From the IMG/VR virus record IMGVR_UViG_3300028584_001238: DNA of 64,000 nt; one strand, written 5' to 3'. Position 1 is the stretch's first letter. Each line of letters begins with the position of its first letter. Below are positions 1 through 10,337 of the stretch, piece after piece. The notes below the pieces were generated by a model. That model did not search any database, was not told where the DNA came from, and was given only the letters and a program-made list of their open reading frames with translations. The stretch comes from a virus. Both the position numbers and the translations under genes were made by a program.

Positions 1-908
1 TCCATTGAATGAGTATGTTCTTTAATGAATGTATGATCATCATACGCATATTCAAAAATATTAAGCTTAGTGGTTTTATGTTTAAAATCGACCTCCCAGA
101 ATAGATGCAATGAAGTGTAGTTATACAATTCATCAACCTCGTCCATATGGGAGCCGTGGTAATCTTGTTGTGAAGTGATGACTCGATATAACAAGGCTGT
201 CTTTTTTTCTTCATTAAAGAAAACTTTGTCAGCATTACGCTCGTAAGTTTCCAATGTGAGTTTGCTGTTATCAAGTAGAGTGCTAATTTGAGCTGATATG
301 GTTTCTATTTGAGAGATTTGTACTTGATTTTGTCTTAAAAGATAACCAAACTCATTGGTATATAAACAATTGAAAACAGTATCATTGTAGGTGACTATTT
401 TAAATTTAGTCCATCCTTTATTACAATTTCTGTTAAGGTAGTCGTTATATGGTGCATCTTCCTGCATTAAGGCTACATTGTAAATACATCCCTGTAGATA
501 AGAATAGTCTAATCCGATTTCAAGACTTTTAGTGTGATGAAAAGCTTTGGTTTCAAAGAATGGTAAAATAACATTCAAATGATTTACGTCTAATTTCTGA
601 GAATAATCAATTGCTTTTTGAAAATACTTTTTCAAATAATCTTCTGGTGTTAACCCACTAATCGTTAAATTGTGGTGCTCTTTGCAAATAACGGTGTTTT
701 TGTAAGAGATGGTGCTCACACCTAACTGATTAATGACACCAGCATAATCATTGTAATCAAAAGAAATGATGTAATCCAAAAAAGAACAGGTATAGGTTAT
801 AACTCTGCCAAATTCAATTTCAACTTGCGACACAGTAACAGAGTGGTTTCCATAAGAGAATCCACTTAGTTTGTTTTTTTGTCGGAATTTTTTGAAGAAA
901 TTAAACAA
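1..908 (-). CDS. hypothetical protein, runs off window start
   Basis: Hand-translated open frame from TTG at 908 (AAGGAG RBS upstream) to the window edge, about 302 codons without a stop. Confidence 0.7.
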   Translation of the reverse strand, partial: MFNFFKKFRQKNKLSGFSYGNHSVTVSQVEIEFGRVITYTCSFLDYIISFDYNDYAGVINQLGVSTISYKNTVICKEHHNLTISGLTPEDYLKKYFQKAIDYSQKLDVNHLNVILPFFETKAFHHTKSLEIGLDYSYLQGCIYNVALMQEDAPYNDYLNRNCNKGWTKFKIVTYNDTVFNCLYTNEFGYLLRQNQVQISQIETISAQISTLLDNSKLTLETYERNADKVFFNEEKKTALLYRVITSQQDYHGSHMDEVDELYNYTSLHLFWEVDFKHKTTKLNIFEYAYDDHTFIKEHTHSM

Positions 909-963
909 GGTAGACTCCTTAATAATTTGCTGATTTTATTAAATCATCAACAAAATGTCAAAA

Positions 964-1419
964 TCATTTAAACAAAGAGTATATTTCTTTTTCGATATCA
1001 TGATTATATGGGTCAAAAACAGTAATGGGTGTATGAAATTTTTGATAACATAATAGTTGAAAAGATTCAATTTCTTTTTTATAGATCTCAGATCCAGCAA
1101 ATTGAACCCAGTTAGATACAGTATCTCCAATAAATTCAAAATCAAGATTACCTTCATCAAATAAAACAATATACTTATTGTTAAAAACACCTATAAATTT
1201 ATTATTTATATTCATGCAAAATTCCACATATTCATATATTTTAATAATTCTATATGCACGATCATTAACGTTTTGTGATTTTATCATTTTTTCTAATAGT
1301 TTTATATTTTTTTTTGAGAAAAAATTACCAAATTTTATAATATTTCCATAATCAAATGATTTAATTAATAATTTTTTATATTCATCACTTTTTAATATAT
1401 CAACAATACCAGTACTCAT
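964..1419 (-). CDS. probable immunity protein for upstream nuclease toxin
   Basis: 151 aa, start overlaps the toxin stop by 1 nt (TAATG), very AT-rich; position and size typical of cognate immunity genes. Confidence 0.55.
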   Translation of the reverse strand: MSTGIVDILKSDEYKKLLIKSFDYGNIIKFGNFFSKKNIKLLEKMIKSQNVNDRAYRIIKIYEYVEFCMNINNKFIGVFNNKYIVLFDEGNLDFEFIGDTVSNWVQFAGSEIYKKEIESFQLLCYQKFHTPITVFDPYNHDIEKEIYSLFK

Positions 1420-2303
1420 TATATTTCCTCATATAAACATAAATATTCATTTCTAGCATATACATTTGAAAAAGATTCTATCATTTTTCTTGATAATGTG
1501 AAACTACTCTTAAAATGATAAGCTAAATCTTTTATAGTTGCAACTTTAAGATTTAAAGAGTCTTTTTCAATTCTTGCTTCTGTATTTTTACCACCAAATG
1601 TCCGACCTGCTCTATGTACAGCTTGAGTAACTTCCAAGGTTGTAGCATTATCATTAATAATACGTCCAGTTCCAAACGCTCTATCATATAAAACACCATC
1701 TCGTTTATGAAGATAGCTTAATACGGCTCCTATTGATGGAATATGATCATGTTCTAGATGATCAGTAATTTTCTCAACAGATCTTAACTCTTTGAAAGAC
1801 CCATAATCCCATTCATGTACAGGCTTATTATAACTATTTAAAGGAATATAAACACCTTCTGTATATATTATTTTTTTACCAAAACATTCAAATTTTCTTG
1901 TTTTTGATAACATTTCACCAATTTTTGTAAGCGTCACTATGTGTGTTGCATAGTTTTCTTTATCGGCTGCTAATTTTTTCTTAAATATATCCGTATCTAA
2001 GTTTGCTCCAGAAATAATATTTCCTGCATTCGTTGCTGCAAAACTATGTGGATCAGTAATCAAGTTTTCTGATAACAGATTGTATAAATATTGACGCCCA
2101 AAAGATGATTTTGAAACCTGCCTTGCAATAGAAATAGCCCGTTCTATATTTTTACCTTCGAGTACAGCAGTAAGCATAGTTCTAGCAACGTATTGCTCAG
2201 CAAACCCAGCAATAACAACATTTTTCTTCCATCCAGCTTGAGCTTGAATACTAGAAAAAATAAGAATCAATACAATTAAAAATCGAACCATAATGTCCTC
2301 CAT
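1419..2303 (-). CDS. secreted polymorphic-type nuclease toxin (pyocin S3/Rhs-like C-terminal domain)
   Basis: Sec signal peptide (FLIVLILIFSSIQAQA; likely start Met at 2291 after GGAGG); C-terminal LEHDHIPS...NATTLEV...VH..GRTFGGKNT...D..NL pattern recalled from bacteriocin/Rhs DNase tips. Confidence 0.65.
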   Translation of the reverse strand: MEDIMVRFLIVLILIFSSIQAQAGWKKNVVIAGFAEQYVARTMLTAVLEGKNIERAISIARQVSKSSFGRQYLYNLLSENLITDPHSFAATNAGNIISGANLDTDIFKKKLAADKENYATHIVTLTKIGEMLSKTRKFECFGKKIIYTEGVYIPLNSYNKPVHEWDYGSFKELRSVEKITDHLEHDHIPSIGAVLSYLHKRDGVLYDRAFGTGRIINDNATTLEVTQAVHRAGRTFGGKNTEARIEKDSLNLKVATIKDLAYHFKSSFTLSRKMIESFSNVYARNEYLCLYEEI

Positions 2304-2320
2304 GATTTTAATGCCACTTG

Positions 2321-2349
2321 ATGATATCAGTCTGCTAGATAAAAGTCAA
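2321..2349 (-). promoter_or_regulatory. sigma70-type promoter for toxin-immunity pair
   Basis: TTGACT-17 nt-TATCAT. Confidence 0.6.
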
Positions 2350-2351
2350 TA

Positions 2352-3095
2352 TTAAATCAAACACATTTCAGTCAATAACAATCGGGATTTCAATAACTCC
2401 TTGTCATCTGTGTATTGCTTGTTAAATATAGACAATAATTGTACAGTGCCTTCAACCGTTGATATCAACTTATCATAGTTAGGGTATTCGGTGAATTCAT
2501 CATAAAATTGTTTTGGTGTCACTGAACAGCACGTTAAGAAGTCGATTAAGCAATCATCAAATTCTTTATTGGCTATAAAAAAGTTGGAACTAAGTCCAAA
2601 AGATTTCAAATCTTTTGAAACTGAATACTGCGTTTGATTAGAATAAGTGAATGTTTTAACAATACGCGATGATGGATTTAATACAGTCTTAATTTGTAAT
2701 AAACTATACTCATTACTATGAGAACGTGAAAATTCAAGACTAATATCAAAAGAAGACTGTATAAAATTCATATCATGATCAAGTTTTAAACTGCAAGATT
2801 TGGATTTGTAAGGCATTTTATTGCTAATAACACTATCAGTAATAGTGACATATACACAAATAGCAGTGTTTTCTTTGTGAGTAGATACAAGAATGCTGCC
2901 ATATTTAAATAGATAGAAAATATCAATATTACTGCCAATCATTTGAGAGACTTCCTGAAATGGATTGGGTTCGTTAGATAAATCAATATCAAATACTTGT
3001 TTGAATAAAAAAATAAATTTTGGATAAAATAATGAACCAACATCAAGGTTATCCAAGTATTTTAATTTCATCATGGACTCATGAATTGTTATCAT
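2352..3095 (-). CDS. family A (MxxI-tail) paralogue
   Basis: MITIHE start; FYxxFxEYP.Y and LLKSRLLLTEMCLI tail shared with the array. Confidence 0.85.
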   Translation of the reverse strand: MITIHESMMKLKYLDNLDVGSLFYPKFIFLFKQVFDIDLSNEPNPFQEVSQMIGSNIDIFYLFKYGSILVSTHKENTAICVYVTITDSVISNKMPYKSKSCSLKLDHDMNFIQSSFDISLEFSRSHSNEYSLLQIKTVLNPSSRIVKTFTYSNQTQYSVSKDLKSFGLSSNFFIANKEFDDCLIDFLTCCSVTPKQFYDEFTEYPNYDKLISTVEGTVQLLSIFNKQYTDDKELLKSRLLLTEMCLI

Positions 3096-3789
3096 TTAAA
3101 TAGTTCCTTAATGTTAAGTGGTTTTCAAATCCTGAATAACAAATATGTGGATATTTAGAATGTAAATCCATTAATTTAGTAAAAATTGATTGAACTAATA
3201 AATCATGCTTTATCAATAATGGATCTAACTCATATGACGTTAATTTATGTAAATAATTATAATAGATAACTTCATTAAGACTATCTTTTTCATCATCTAT
3301 TTTATGAACATCTTCTGGATTGATAAAATCCATGTCAAATATTCTTTTGGATTCAATATTGTTTAAAGTCACAGTTGAAAATAAAAAACCAACTTCAAAA
3401 TTGCAATCAATAAAATTCATGTTGTTATCTATCGTTACATTACAAGATTTTGAATTACTAGGAAGTATGAAATCTAAATGCTCATACTTAAAACTAAATG
3501 ACAACGTTAAAGTTTGTTTATCTGGATAAAGGTGTAGTGATGCCATTCCATGAATAAAATGAAAAGTTATGTAAAAGGTGCCATCAGGAGCAATACTAAA
3601 TAACGGCCAACTAAGCTCTGATAAATCAATAATAGCAGTTTGTTGAAAAGGATTCACCAGACCAGCCAAATCAATATTACAGGACTCTTTCAAAAGTTGA
3701 ACTAATTTCAAACTAATAGCCGAAGTCAATTCGTCACCTAAGCTTCTGGTCGTTTTCCTCTTAATTAACTCATTGTAAATAGTATCCAT
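3079..3789 (-). CDS. family A paralogue lacking the conserved tail
   Basis: MDTIYN start, LVQLL..SC.IDL and C.V.ID.NMNF core, but no LLLxMxxI end. Confidence 0.75.
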   Translation of the reverse strand: MDTIYNELIKRKTTRSLGDELTSAISLKLVQLLKESCNIDLAGLVNPFQQTAIIDLSELSWPLFSIAPDGTFYITFHFIHGMASLHLYPDKQTLTLSFSFKYEHLDFILPSNSKSCNVTIDNNMNFIDCNFEVGFLFSTVTLNNIESKRIFDMDFINPEDVHKIDDEKDSLNEVIYYNYLHKLTSYELDPLLIKHDLLVQSIFTKLMDLHSKYPHICYSGFENHLTLRNYLNDNNS

Positions 3790-3790
3790 T

Positions 3791-4603
3791 TTAAATAAGT
3801 CTCATTTCAAGCAATTCTATTTTACGCTGTAATAGATATTTATCAGCAGTGTATTGAGTAAAAAACAAATTTAAACATTGAATAATAGAATCAACTGACT
3901 TCATCAAAGAGTCGTAATTTGGATATTCAGGAAAAACCTCATAGAATTCGACAGAATCGAGACTATTAAAGTTTAAAAAACTAAATAGCAATTCATCGAA
4001 CTCATTAGGTGGTGATTTAAAAAAATGATTAATATTTTTATCAAATAAATTTATCAAATTGTTTTCGTCTACCGAATACAATATGTTGTTTTGATAATGT
4101 AACTTATGAGTTTTTTTTAAATCTTTGTCAATTGCAGTATAAATGATTAAAACTGACCAAACTGGCAAGGTGAAAGGTTTGCCAACAGTAGATTGAGAAT
4201 ATTGAATAACTCTTTTAAATGCACCTTCTTCAAACTGCATATCATGATTAACATTAAGATAACACACATTGCTTTTGTATGATTTTCTCGGAACTTCATT
4301 TGAAAAAGAAAATGACACATTCAAAGATTTAGACGTTGTGTCTACACTAATAAAAGAATTACCATAGGGGAATTTATAAGAAATCTCCAAATCATTGAAC
4401 TCATCAAATGAAATGTTGTGGGAACTAAAAGAATTCTCTACATCTGACAAATCAATGCCACATGAACTATTTAACAGATTAATCAAGTTTGAAGTGATCA
4501 TTGAATTTAACTCATTATCAAGTCTAAAAATAACTTCATCTCTATCATCTATATTGACAATATTGTTTTTTAACACTAAAAGTCTGTCATAAATCGTTGT
4601 CAT
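3791..4603 (-). CDS. family A paralogue
   Basis: MTTIYD start; EFYEVFPEYPNY; ends IELLEMRLI. Confidence 0.85.
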   Translation of the reverse strand: MTTIYDRLLVLKNNIVNIDDRDEVIFRLDNELNSMITSNLINLLNSSCGIDLSDVENSFSSHNISFDEFNDLEISYKFPYGNSFISVDTTSKSLNVSFSFSNEVPRKSYKSNVCYLNVNHDMQFEEGAFKRVIQYSQSTVGKPFTLPVWSVLIIYTAIDKDLKKTHKLHYQNNILYSVDENNLINLFDKNINHFFKSPPNEFDELLFSFLNFNSLDSVEFYEVFPEYPNYDSLMKSVDSIIQCLNLFFTQYTADKYLLQRKIELLEMRLI

Positions 4604-4656
4604 ATTGAAATAGCCTTCAAAAAAATAAGATTATCGCAAGTATAACACACAAGGTG

Positions 4657-5475
4657 CTATACTTTCAATTTTTCTTTATTTTCTTTAAACTGAGTTTTCA
4701 ACATATCAGCTTTAATAATTAACTGAGGCAACATCATTTCCAAACCTACCGATGCTTTTTCTTTCACATGAACATAGTTAGCATTGTATTTCATGAAGAC
4801 GGTGCTTGGATCAACCAAGATAAAATCCCTCAGACCAAAACCTTCTACCACCAATGAAGCGGCGGGTTCCACTTGAAGACTGCTGCCGACTACGACAAAA
4901 ACATCAGATTCTCTAATATGCTTTCTGGCGTCAGACAAAATGCTGTCATCTAACAGTTCGTCAAACAAAACAATATGAGGTCTAATTTGTGCTTTGGTCA
5001 ACATACATTTATCACCCAGTTTAATGTCTTTCTTCTGGTCATAGAACACTTTGGCATTACCGACTGGTCGTGAACGCATGATTTCGCCATGCAAATGATA
5101 GATAGATGAACTGCCAGCTCGTTCATGTAAGTCATCAACGTTCTGAGTGACAACGACAACATGAAAATACTTTTCAAGTTCTTTCAATATTTCATGAGAA
5201 CGATTAGGCTGAGCAGCCATCACTTCCTTACGTCTGTCATTGAAAAAATTGTTTACCTTTTTAAAGTCTTTTTGCAGAGCACGAGCCGTTGCAACTTCAT
5301 CCACACGATGATTTCTCCACAAGCCATCATCAGCCCTGAATGTTTCTAAACCGCTCTCCTGAGAGATGCCAGAACCTGTAAAGAAAGTGATCTTAGGCTT
5401 ATAATCATCAACAGAAACTTTTAACAGAGTGGCTTTATCGAAATCATCTTTTGCTTTAAATATGCGTTCTAACAT
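4657..5475 (-). CDS. cobB: NAD-dependent protein deacylase, sirtuin (CobB-like)
   Basis: TGSGISQESGLETFR, TQNVDDLHERAG, HLHGE, RPHIVLFDE, VVVGSSLQVEPAA motifs; only one Cys, so no canonical four-Cys Zn site. Confidence 0.9.
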   Translation of the reverse strand: MLERIFKAKDDFDKATLLKVSVDDYKPKITFFTGSGISQESGLETFRADDGLWRNHRVDEVATARALQKDFKKVNNFFNDRRKEVMAAQPNRSHEILKELEKYFHVVVVTQNVDDLHERAGSSSIYHLHGEIMRSRPVGNAKVFYDQKKDIKLGDKCMLTKAQIRPHIVLFDELLDDSILSDARKHIRESDVFVVVGSSLQVEPAASLVVEGFGLRDFILVDPSTVFMKYNANYVHVKEKASVGLEMMLPQLIIKADMLKTQFKENKEKLKV

Positions 5476-5586
5476 GTAACTATCCTCATATAAGTCTTGA
5501 AAGTTTAATTTAAAAATAACTGCATGTCAATTTAGTTGATTATATTGACTAGTAAAAATCTAGTGGATAGTAGACAGTAGTCATCT

Positions 5587-6336
5587 TTAAATTTTGCTCA
5601 TGCTAAGCAACAACATTCGAGACTTCAAAAGACGGTTGTCATCATTATATTGTTGAGCAAACAAGTTTAAAAATACAACAGCTTGATTAATGTCATCAAT
5701 AAATTGATTATCACTGGGATACTCTGTAAAGACATCATAAAAATCATCAGGAAACTTTTCACAAAACTGCATGAATTCCTTGAATAATAATTCAAATTCA
5801 AAGTTAGCTTTTAAATAAGTTGAATCAATACCATAATTCATTAGATCAATATAGTCTTCATTTTTGGTATTTTTGTTGTCATATCCGATTTGATTGAAGT
5901 CATTAATACCATTGAAAATGCGAATATAACGAATCAAAGCATAACCTGATGTATCCTTATTTCTCGTTTTTTTTGAAACCGATGTATAAAAGTTAAAATT
6001 AGCATCTATTAACTTCAAGTTATGGTCAGTCTTAATAATGCAACGACTGGAATGAAAAGGGATTCGAAATTTATCTGCATCTTTAATAAAGAAAGTAACT
6101 TCCATATCTTTTTCTTTTGCAGAGACATTAACTTGACCATAATTAAAATTGTAATTAAAGGTAATATCTATTCCAAAAGAAGCCCCATCAGGTTTAAATG
6201 GATTTACTTCATTGGAAAGATCAATTCCATAAACAAGTTTAAATAATGTAACCAGTGGTTCATTTACTTTTGGTGTGTAAGACCATCTAAAAGTGGGGCT
6301 TCTGCAATCAATAAAATTATCATAGAGTGTTGTCAT
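5587..6336 (-). CDS. family A paralogue
   Basis: True start MTTLYD at 6336; ends SRMLLLSMSKI. Confidence 0.85.
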   Translation of the reverse strand: MTTLYDNFIDCRSPTFRWSYTPKVNEPLVTLFKLVYGIDLSNEVNPFKPDGASFGIDITFNYNFNYGQVNVSAKEKDMEVTFFIKDADKFRIPFHSSRCIIKTDHNLKLIDANFNFYTSVSKKTRNKDTSGYALIRYIRIFNGINDFNQIGYDNKNTKNEDYIDLMNYGIDSTYLKANFEFELLFKEFMQFCEKFPDDFYDVFTEYPSDNQFIDDINQAVVFLNLFAQQYNDDNRLLKSRMLLLSMSKI

Positions 6337-6337
6337 A

Positions 6338-6425
6338 TTAAATCCCCTGCATATCAAGCAATAAAATATTCATCAGGAAAATGATTGTCTTTCAGTGCAG
6401 CCATATGTTCTAGTATTGTAGTCAT
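6338..6425 (-). pseudogene. collapsed family A relic (head plus tail)
   Basis: Begins MTTILE like the paralogues; in another frame ends LLLDMQGI-stop-T-ATG; only 88 bp. Confidence 0.75.
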
Positions 6426-6426
6426 A

Positions 6427-7188
6427 TCATATATTCTGCATATCAAGTAAAAGAAGTCGAGACTCTAATAAATAAAATTGATTAATGTATTGGAATTTAA
6501 ATAGGTTTAAAAATTCAACAGCTTTGTGAATATTTTCAATGAAATCAAGATAGCTCGGATACTCTGGAAATAGTTCATCGAATTTATGGGGTGATTTGGC
6601 ACAAGAATCCATAAAATTAGCAAAAAACAATTCAAAATTAATATCGTCAATAAAGAAATTAGCATCCAGACCTTTATCATGAAGTGATATATATTCTTTT
6701 GAAGTTGAATAGTTTTGATATTTAAAAGTAGTTTTTATTGAATCCTTATTAATAATTTTTTGAATCTTAATGTCCGCATACTCAGAACTGTTGTCATAAT
6801 TATTTAAAAGAGATTTTAAAAAAGTAACTTTATAATTAAAAACAGCAAATTTAAAATTAAAATCACGATCAATATAAACTCTGCATTGTTTGGCATTAAA
6901 TGGCGTTGTATAAACATTGTCATCTTTACCAAAAAAGTAAAAACCTACTTCTAACTCATTATCTTTCAAGCTCAAGGTAGCTGAGCCATATTTAAAGAAG
7001 TAATCCATAGCCACTTCTAAACCACATACGCTAATATTCTTAGTAAAATGAGTGGCATCCCCCTGCAGTTCTATGCCAGTTGCCTGTTGAAGCAAGGAGG
7101 CAAGTTTAGAACTAACCAAAGGCGTCATACCCCAGTTCGGTTCTTTTGTATTTTTAAAGTGTAACATCGCCTCATAAATATTCGTCAT
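6427..7188 (-). CDS. family A paralogue
   Basis: Start MTNIYE at 7188; ends SRLLLLDMQNI. Confidence 0.85.
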   Translation of the reverse strand: MTNIYEAMLHFKNTKEPNWGMTPLVSSKLASLLQQATGIELQGDATHFTKNISVCGLEVAMDYFFKYGSATLSLKDNELEVGFYFFGKDDNVYTTPFNAKQCRVYIDRDFNFKFAVFNYKVTFLKSLLNNYDNSSEYADIKIQKIINKDSIKTTFKYQNYSTSKEYISLHDKGLDANFFIDDINFELFFANFMDSCAKSPHKFDELFPEYPSYLDFIENIHKAVEFLNLFKFQYINQFYLLESRLLLLDMQNI

Positions 7189-7189
7189 A

Positions 7190-7990
7190 TTAAATTTCCA
7201 CCATATCAATTAGTAGCATATTTGATTGCAAAGTTTCAAAATTATTAAAATACTGTTCACTGAATAGGTTTAATAGTTCAACCGCATGTTTTTTATGATC
7301 GATAATATTTTGATAACTAGGATAATCAATGAAAACAGTATAAAATTGTTTTGGTTTGTTAGAACAAAGTAAAATGAATTTAACAAATAAATTTTCAAAA
7401 TCATTATCTGGTATAAAGTATTGGTTATTTAGTTCAACATTACCTAAATTAATATATTCTCCACGGTTACACTTAAAATTATCATAAGTAATAATATTAG
7501 AACTAATTTTATGTTCATTAATAATACGTTTAATATGAATAGATGCATACTTAGGATCAGTAACCAATACTGTTCCAACATATTTATTTGGATTTACTTG
7601 AAGTTCGATGTTGTTGTGAGAAAAGTTAACAAAAAAATTAAAAGTTGCCTGCTTAAAATTTAAGTCATTATCGACTTTAACTTCGCAACGAGTTGCTTTA
7701 AATGGAATGTATAGGGAATTACATGATTTTATGGTGAATAGAAAAATGACTTCCAACATTTTATTTTTAGTATATAATGATACTGTTCCATACTTGGACT
7801 TATATTCAATACTAACATCCTTCCCAAAACTAGCCATATTTTGAACAAAGAGTTCGGTTTCATCCGACAAGTCCACATTACAAGCCTGTTCTAGCAAAAC
7901 AACCAATTTAGACATAATTTGATTATTAAGGAAACTGTTAAAGCCATTCAATTTATTGCATAAAAATAGGTGATCATAAATAGTTGTCAA
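7190..7990 (-). CDS. family A paralogue
   Basis: TTG start TTIYD; ends SNMLLIDMVEI. Confidence 0.85.
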   Translation of the reverse strand: MTTIYDHLFLCNKLNGFNSFLNNQIMSKLVVLLEQACNVDLSDETELFVQNMASFGKDVSIEYKSKYGTVSLYTKNKMLEVIFLFTIKSCNSLYIPFKATRCEVKVDNDLNFKQATFNFFVNFSHNNIELQVNPNKYVGTVLVTDPKYASIHIKRIINEHKISSNIITYDNFKCNRGEYINLGNVELNNQYFIPDNDFENLFVKFILLCSNKPKQFYTVFIDYPSYQNIIDHKKHAVELLNLFSEQYFNNFETLQSNMLLIDMVEI

Positions 7991-8029
7991 TTAGATCACC
8001 TGCATATAATAATCATAAATTGTTTTCAT
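7991..8029 (-). pseudogene. collapsed family A relic, 12-aa in-frame head-tail fusion MKTIYDYYMQVI
   Basis: ATG AAA ACA ATT TAT GAT TAT TAT ATG CAG GTG ATC TAA between two full paralogues. Confidence 0.8.
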
Positions 8030-8030
8030 G

Positions 8031-8807
8031 TTATATGGCCTGCATATCAAGTAACAACATGTTTTGTTTTAATCTTTCGTCACTAAAATACTGATGAATA
8101 AACACATTAACGAAATCAATAATAGCGTCAGAATGTTCAACACAGTTAGAAAAACTTGGATATCCATCGAATACCGCATAAAATTCGTGTGGACGTTCAG
8201 TGACAAAATCGATCAATTTATAGAATGTTTCTTCCAAATCGGTATTTGGTTGAAAAAAGCGTTCATCCAGCTTACTTCGCTCAACATCAATAAATACATC
8301 ATCATCCGCATCATCTGAATGTCGGAAGGCAATAGAATTGTAAGCACCAGTCGAATCAATAACCTGCTGGATTTTCATTTGGTTATAACCACCATATCCA
8401 CCATTGTTATGGAGAACGCTGTTTAAAAATGAAAAATACATGCAATATTCAGCACGAACAAAGTTTAAATCATGGTCAACAGAAATAGTACAACGATTCG
8501 CTTCAAAAGGAGCTTTAAAGTTGTCCTTGTGATAAAACGTCACAACCAATTTATCCTGTTGAGTAGAAACATCAACAGAACCATATTCAAATTTGTAGCT
8601 AACACTTAGTTCTTGACCAATAGATGAAATGTCTCTTTTAAACATTAAAGACTTATCAGAGATATCAATGCCATAAGCTTTATGAAACAAAACTTTAAGT
8701 TTATGAATAATTAATGGATCATCCCTGACATCAGAATTAAGGTCTGTTTGGCATTCATAATTAAGTGATAATTTGCATGTCTTGAATTGTTCGTAAATTG
8801 TTTTCAT
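8031..8807 (-). CDS. family A paralogue
   Basis: MKTIYE start; ends MLLLDMQAI. Confidence 0.85.
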   Translation of the reverse strand: MKTIYEQFKTCKLSLNYECQTDLNSDVRDDPLIIHKLKVLFHKAYGIDISDKSLMFKRDISSIGQELSVSYKFEYGSVDVSTQQDKLVVTFYHKDNFKAPFEANRCTISVDHDLNFVRAEYCMYFSFLNSVLHNNGGYGGYNQMKIQQVIDSTGAYNSIAFRHSDDADDDVFIDVERSKLDERFFQPNTDLEETFYKLIDFVTERPHEFYAVFDGYPSFSNCVEHSDAIIDFVNVFIHQYFSDERLKQNMLLLDMQAI

Positions 8808-8808
8808 A

Positions 8809-9588
8809 TTAAATCGCCTGCATGTCTAATAGTAGAAGTCGTGATGTTAAAATTTCAGCATCGTCAGTATATTGTGAATAAAAAAGGTTCAAAAACGCAG
8901 TAGCCTTTGCAATGTTGGTCATAAACTCAACATAGGTTGGATATTCTGGAAAGACATTGTAGAATTCTTTCGGATTATACTCGCAAAAGGAGGTAGCGTC
9001 TACAAGTAATTGGTAAAATCTGTTATTTCCTTGAAAAAAAACTGGATTTAACTCATAGTCTTTTAAATCAATATAATCTGATGTCTCCGTTAATCCATTC
9101 AAATAGCTTACTGTGTTGGTTTGATTGAAATTTGAATCAATAGTACGAGAGATATTCAATGAACTATATACAGGCTCATCACAGTGCCGATCAATTTTTA
9201 ACTTTGAAAAGTTTGCATAATAATTAAAAACAGCTCGCTTGAAATCAAACTGATGATCAACATCAATAGCACATCTATCTGCATTTAAAGGTATTTTATA
9301 ATGATCTAAATTCTTCTTAAAAAAACTAAAATATACGGATAACTTATCATCTTTTAATGAGACGCTTGCTTCACAGTATTGACATCTATAAGTAATTTTA
9401 AGGCTATGATCAAAAATGGTAGAACCAGTATAGATCATATAAGGCTTAAAACATGTTCCTGTTGCATTCAAATCAATATCACACAACTGATTAAGTAGAT
9501 GAACTAATTTTGGAATAATGACAGAATTTAACTCTTCATTAAAAATACGAGCTTCTTTTTCTAACATACGTTCATAGATTGTTTTCAT
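8809..9588 (-). CDS. family A paralogue
   Basis: Start MKTIYE at 9588; ends SRLLLLDMQAI. Confidence 0.85.
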   Translation of the reverse strand: MKTIYERMLEKEARIFNEELNSVIIPKLVHLLNQLCDIDLNATGTCFKPYMIYTGSTIFDHSLKITYRCQYCEASVSLKDDKLSVYFSFFKKNLDHYKIPLNADRCAIDVDHQFDFKRAVFNYYANFSKLKIDRHCDEPVYSSLNISRTIDSNFNQTNTVSYLNGLTETSDYIDLKDYELNPVFFQGNNRFYQLLVDATSFCEYNPKEFYNVFPEYPTYVEFMTNIAKATAFLNLFYSQYTDDAEILTSRLLLLDMQAI

Positions 9589-9589
9589 A

Positions 9590-10336
9590 TTAAATTGCCT
9601 GCATGTCAATAAGCAGCATTCTTGACTTTAAAATATCTATATCATTAATATATTGATGGTGAAATAGATTTAAAAAGTCTTTTGCTTTCTCTATCTGTTC
9701 AATAACATGAACAAAAGAAGGATATTCAGTAAAAACACTGTAAAACATACGGGGATCTTGTTTAAAGCAATCAAGAAATTTGATTAAAAGTTGCTCAAAA
9801 TCATTATTAGGCGTTAAAAAATATGAATTTAACCCAATTGATGACATATCAGCATAAGTTCTGAATGTTGTTGAATGCAAATTGTTATACTCAACAGTAT
9901 TAAAGCGATTAAGATCTTTATCCAGCACATGGTTTATTTTAATGGCACAATACGCCGCTGAACTTTCATCACGGTTTAAGTTATATTTTGAAATGCTGAT
10001 ATAATATTCAAAACGTGCCTTTTCAAAATTCATTTCATGATCGACATCTATTTGACAATGCCATGCATTGAAAGGGAAGCTTTCTTTCATCTTTCTCAAA
10101 AATTTGAAGTCTGCCGTCAGTAAGCCTTTTTTAGATGTAACGGAAGCGACACCATTAGGGAAATGAAACTCAATGGTCACAAAACCACCTGTTATGATCG
10201 TATTACGTTTGAACTCAGCCTCTTGGCCTGACAAGTCAACACCTGAGACAATTTTCAGCAATACAATCAAACGAGCAATAATTGTAGGCTCAACAGAATA
10301 ATCCTTGTTGGTTAACTGTTCATAAATAGTGGTCAT
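9590..10336 (-). CDS. family A paralogue
   Basis: Start MTTIYE at 10336; ends SRMLLIDMQAI. Confidence 0.85.
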   Translation of the reverse strand: MTTIYEQLTNKDYSVEPTIIARLIVLLKIVSGVDLSGQEAEFKRNTIITGGFVTIEFHFPNGVASVTSKKGLLTADFKFLRKMKESFPFNAWHCQIDVDHEMNFEKARFEYYISISKYNLNRDESSAAYCAIKINHVLDKDLNRFNTVEYNNLHSTTFRTYADMSSIGLNSYFLTPNNDFEQLLIKFLDCFKQDPRMFYSVFTEYPSFVHVIEQIEKAKDFLNLFHHQYINDIDILKSRMLLIDMQAI

Positions 10337-10337
10337 A

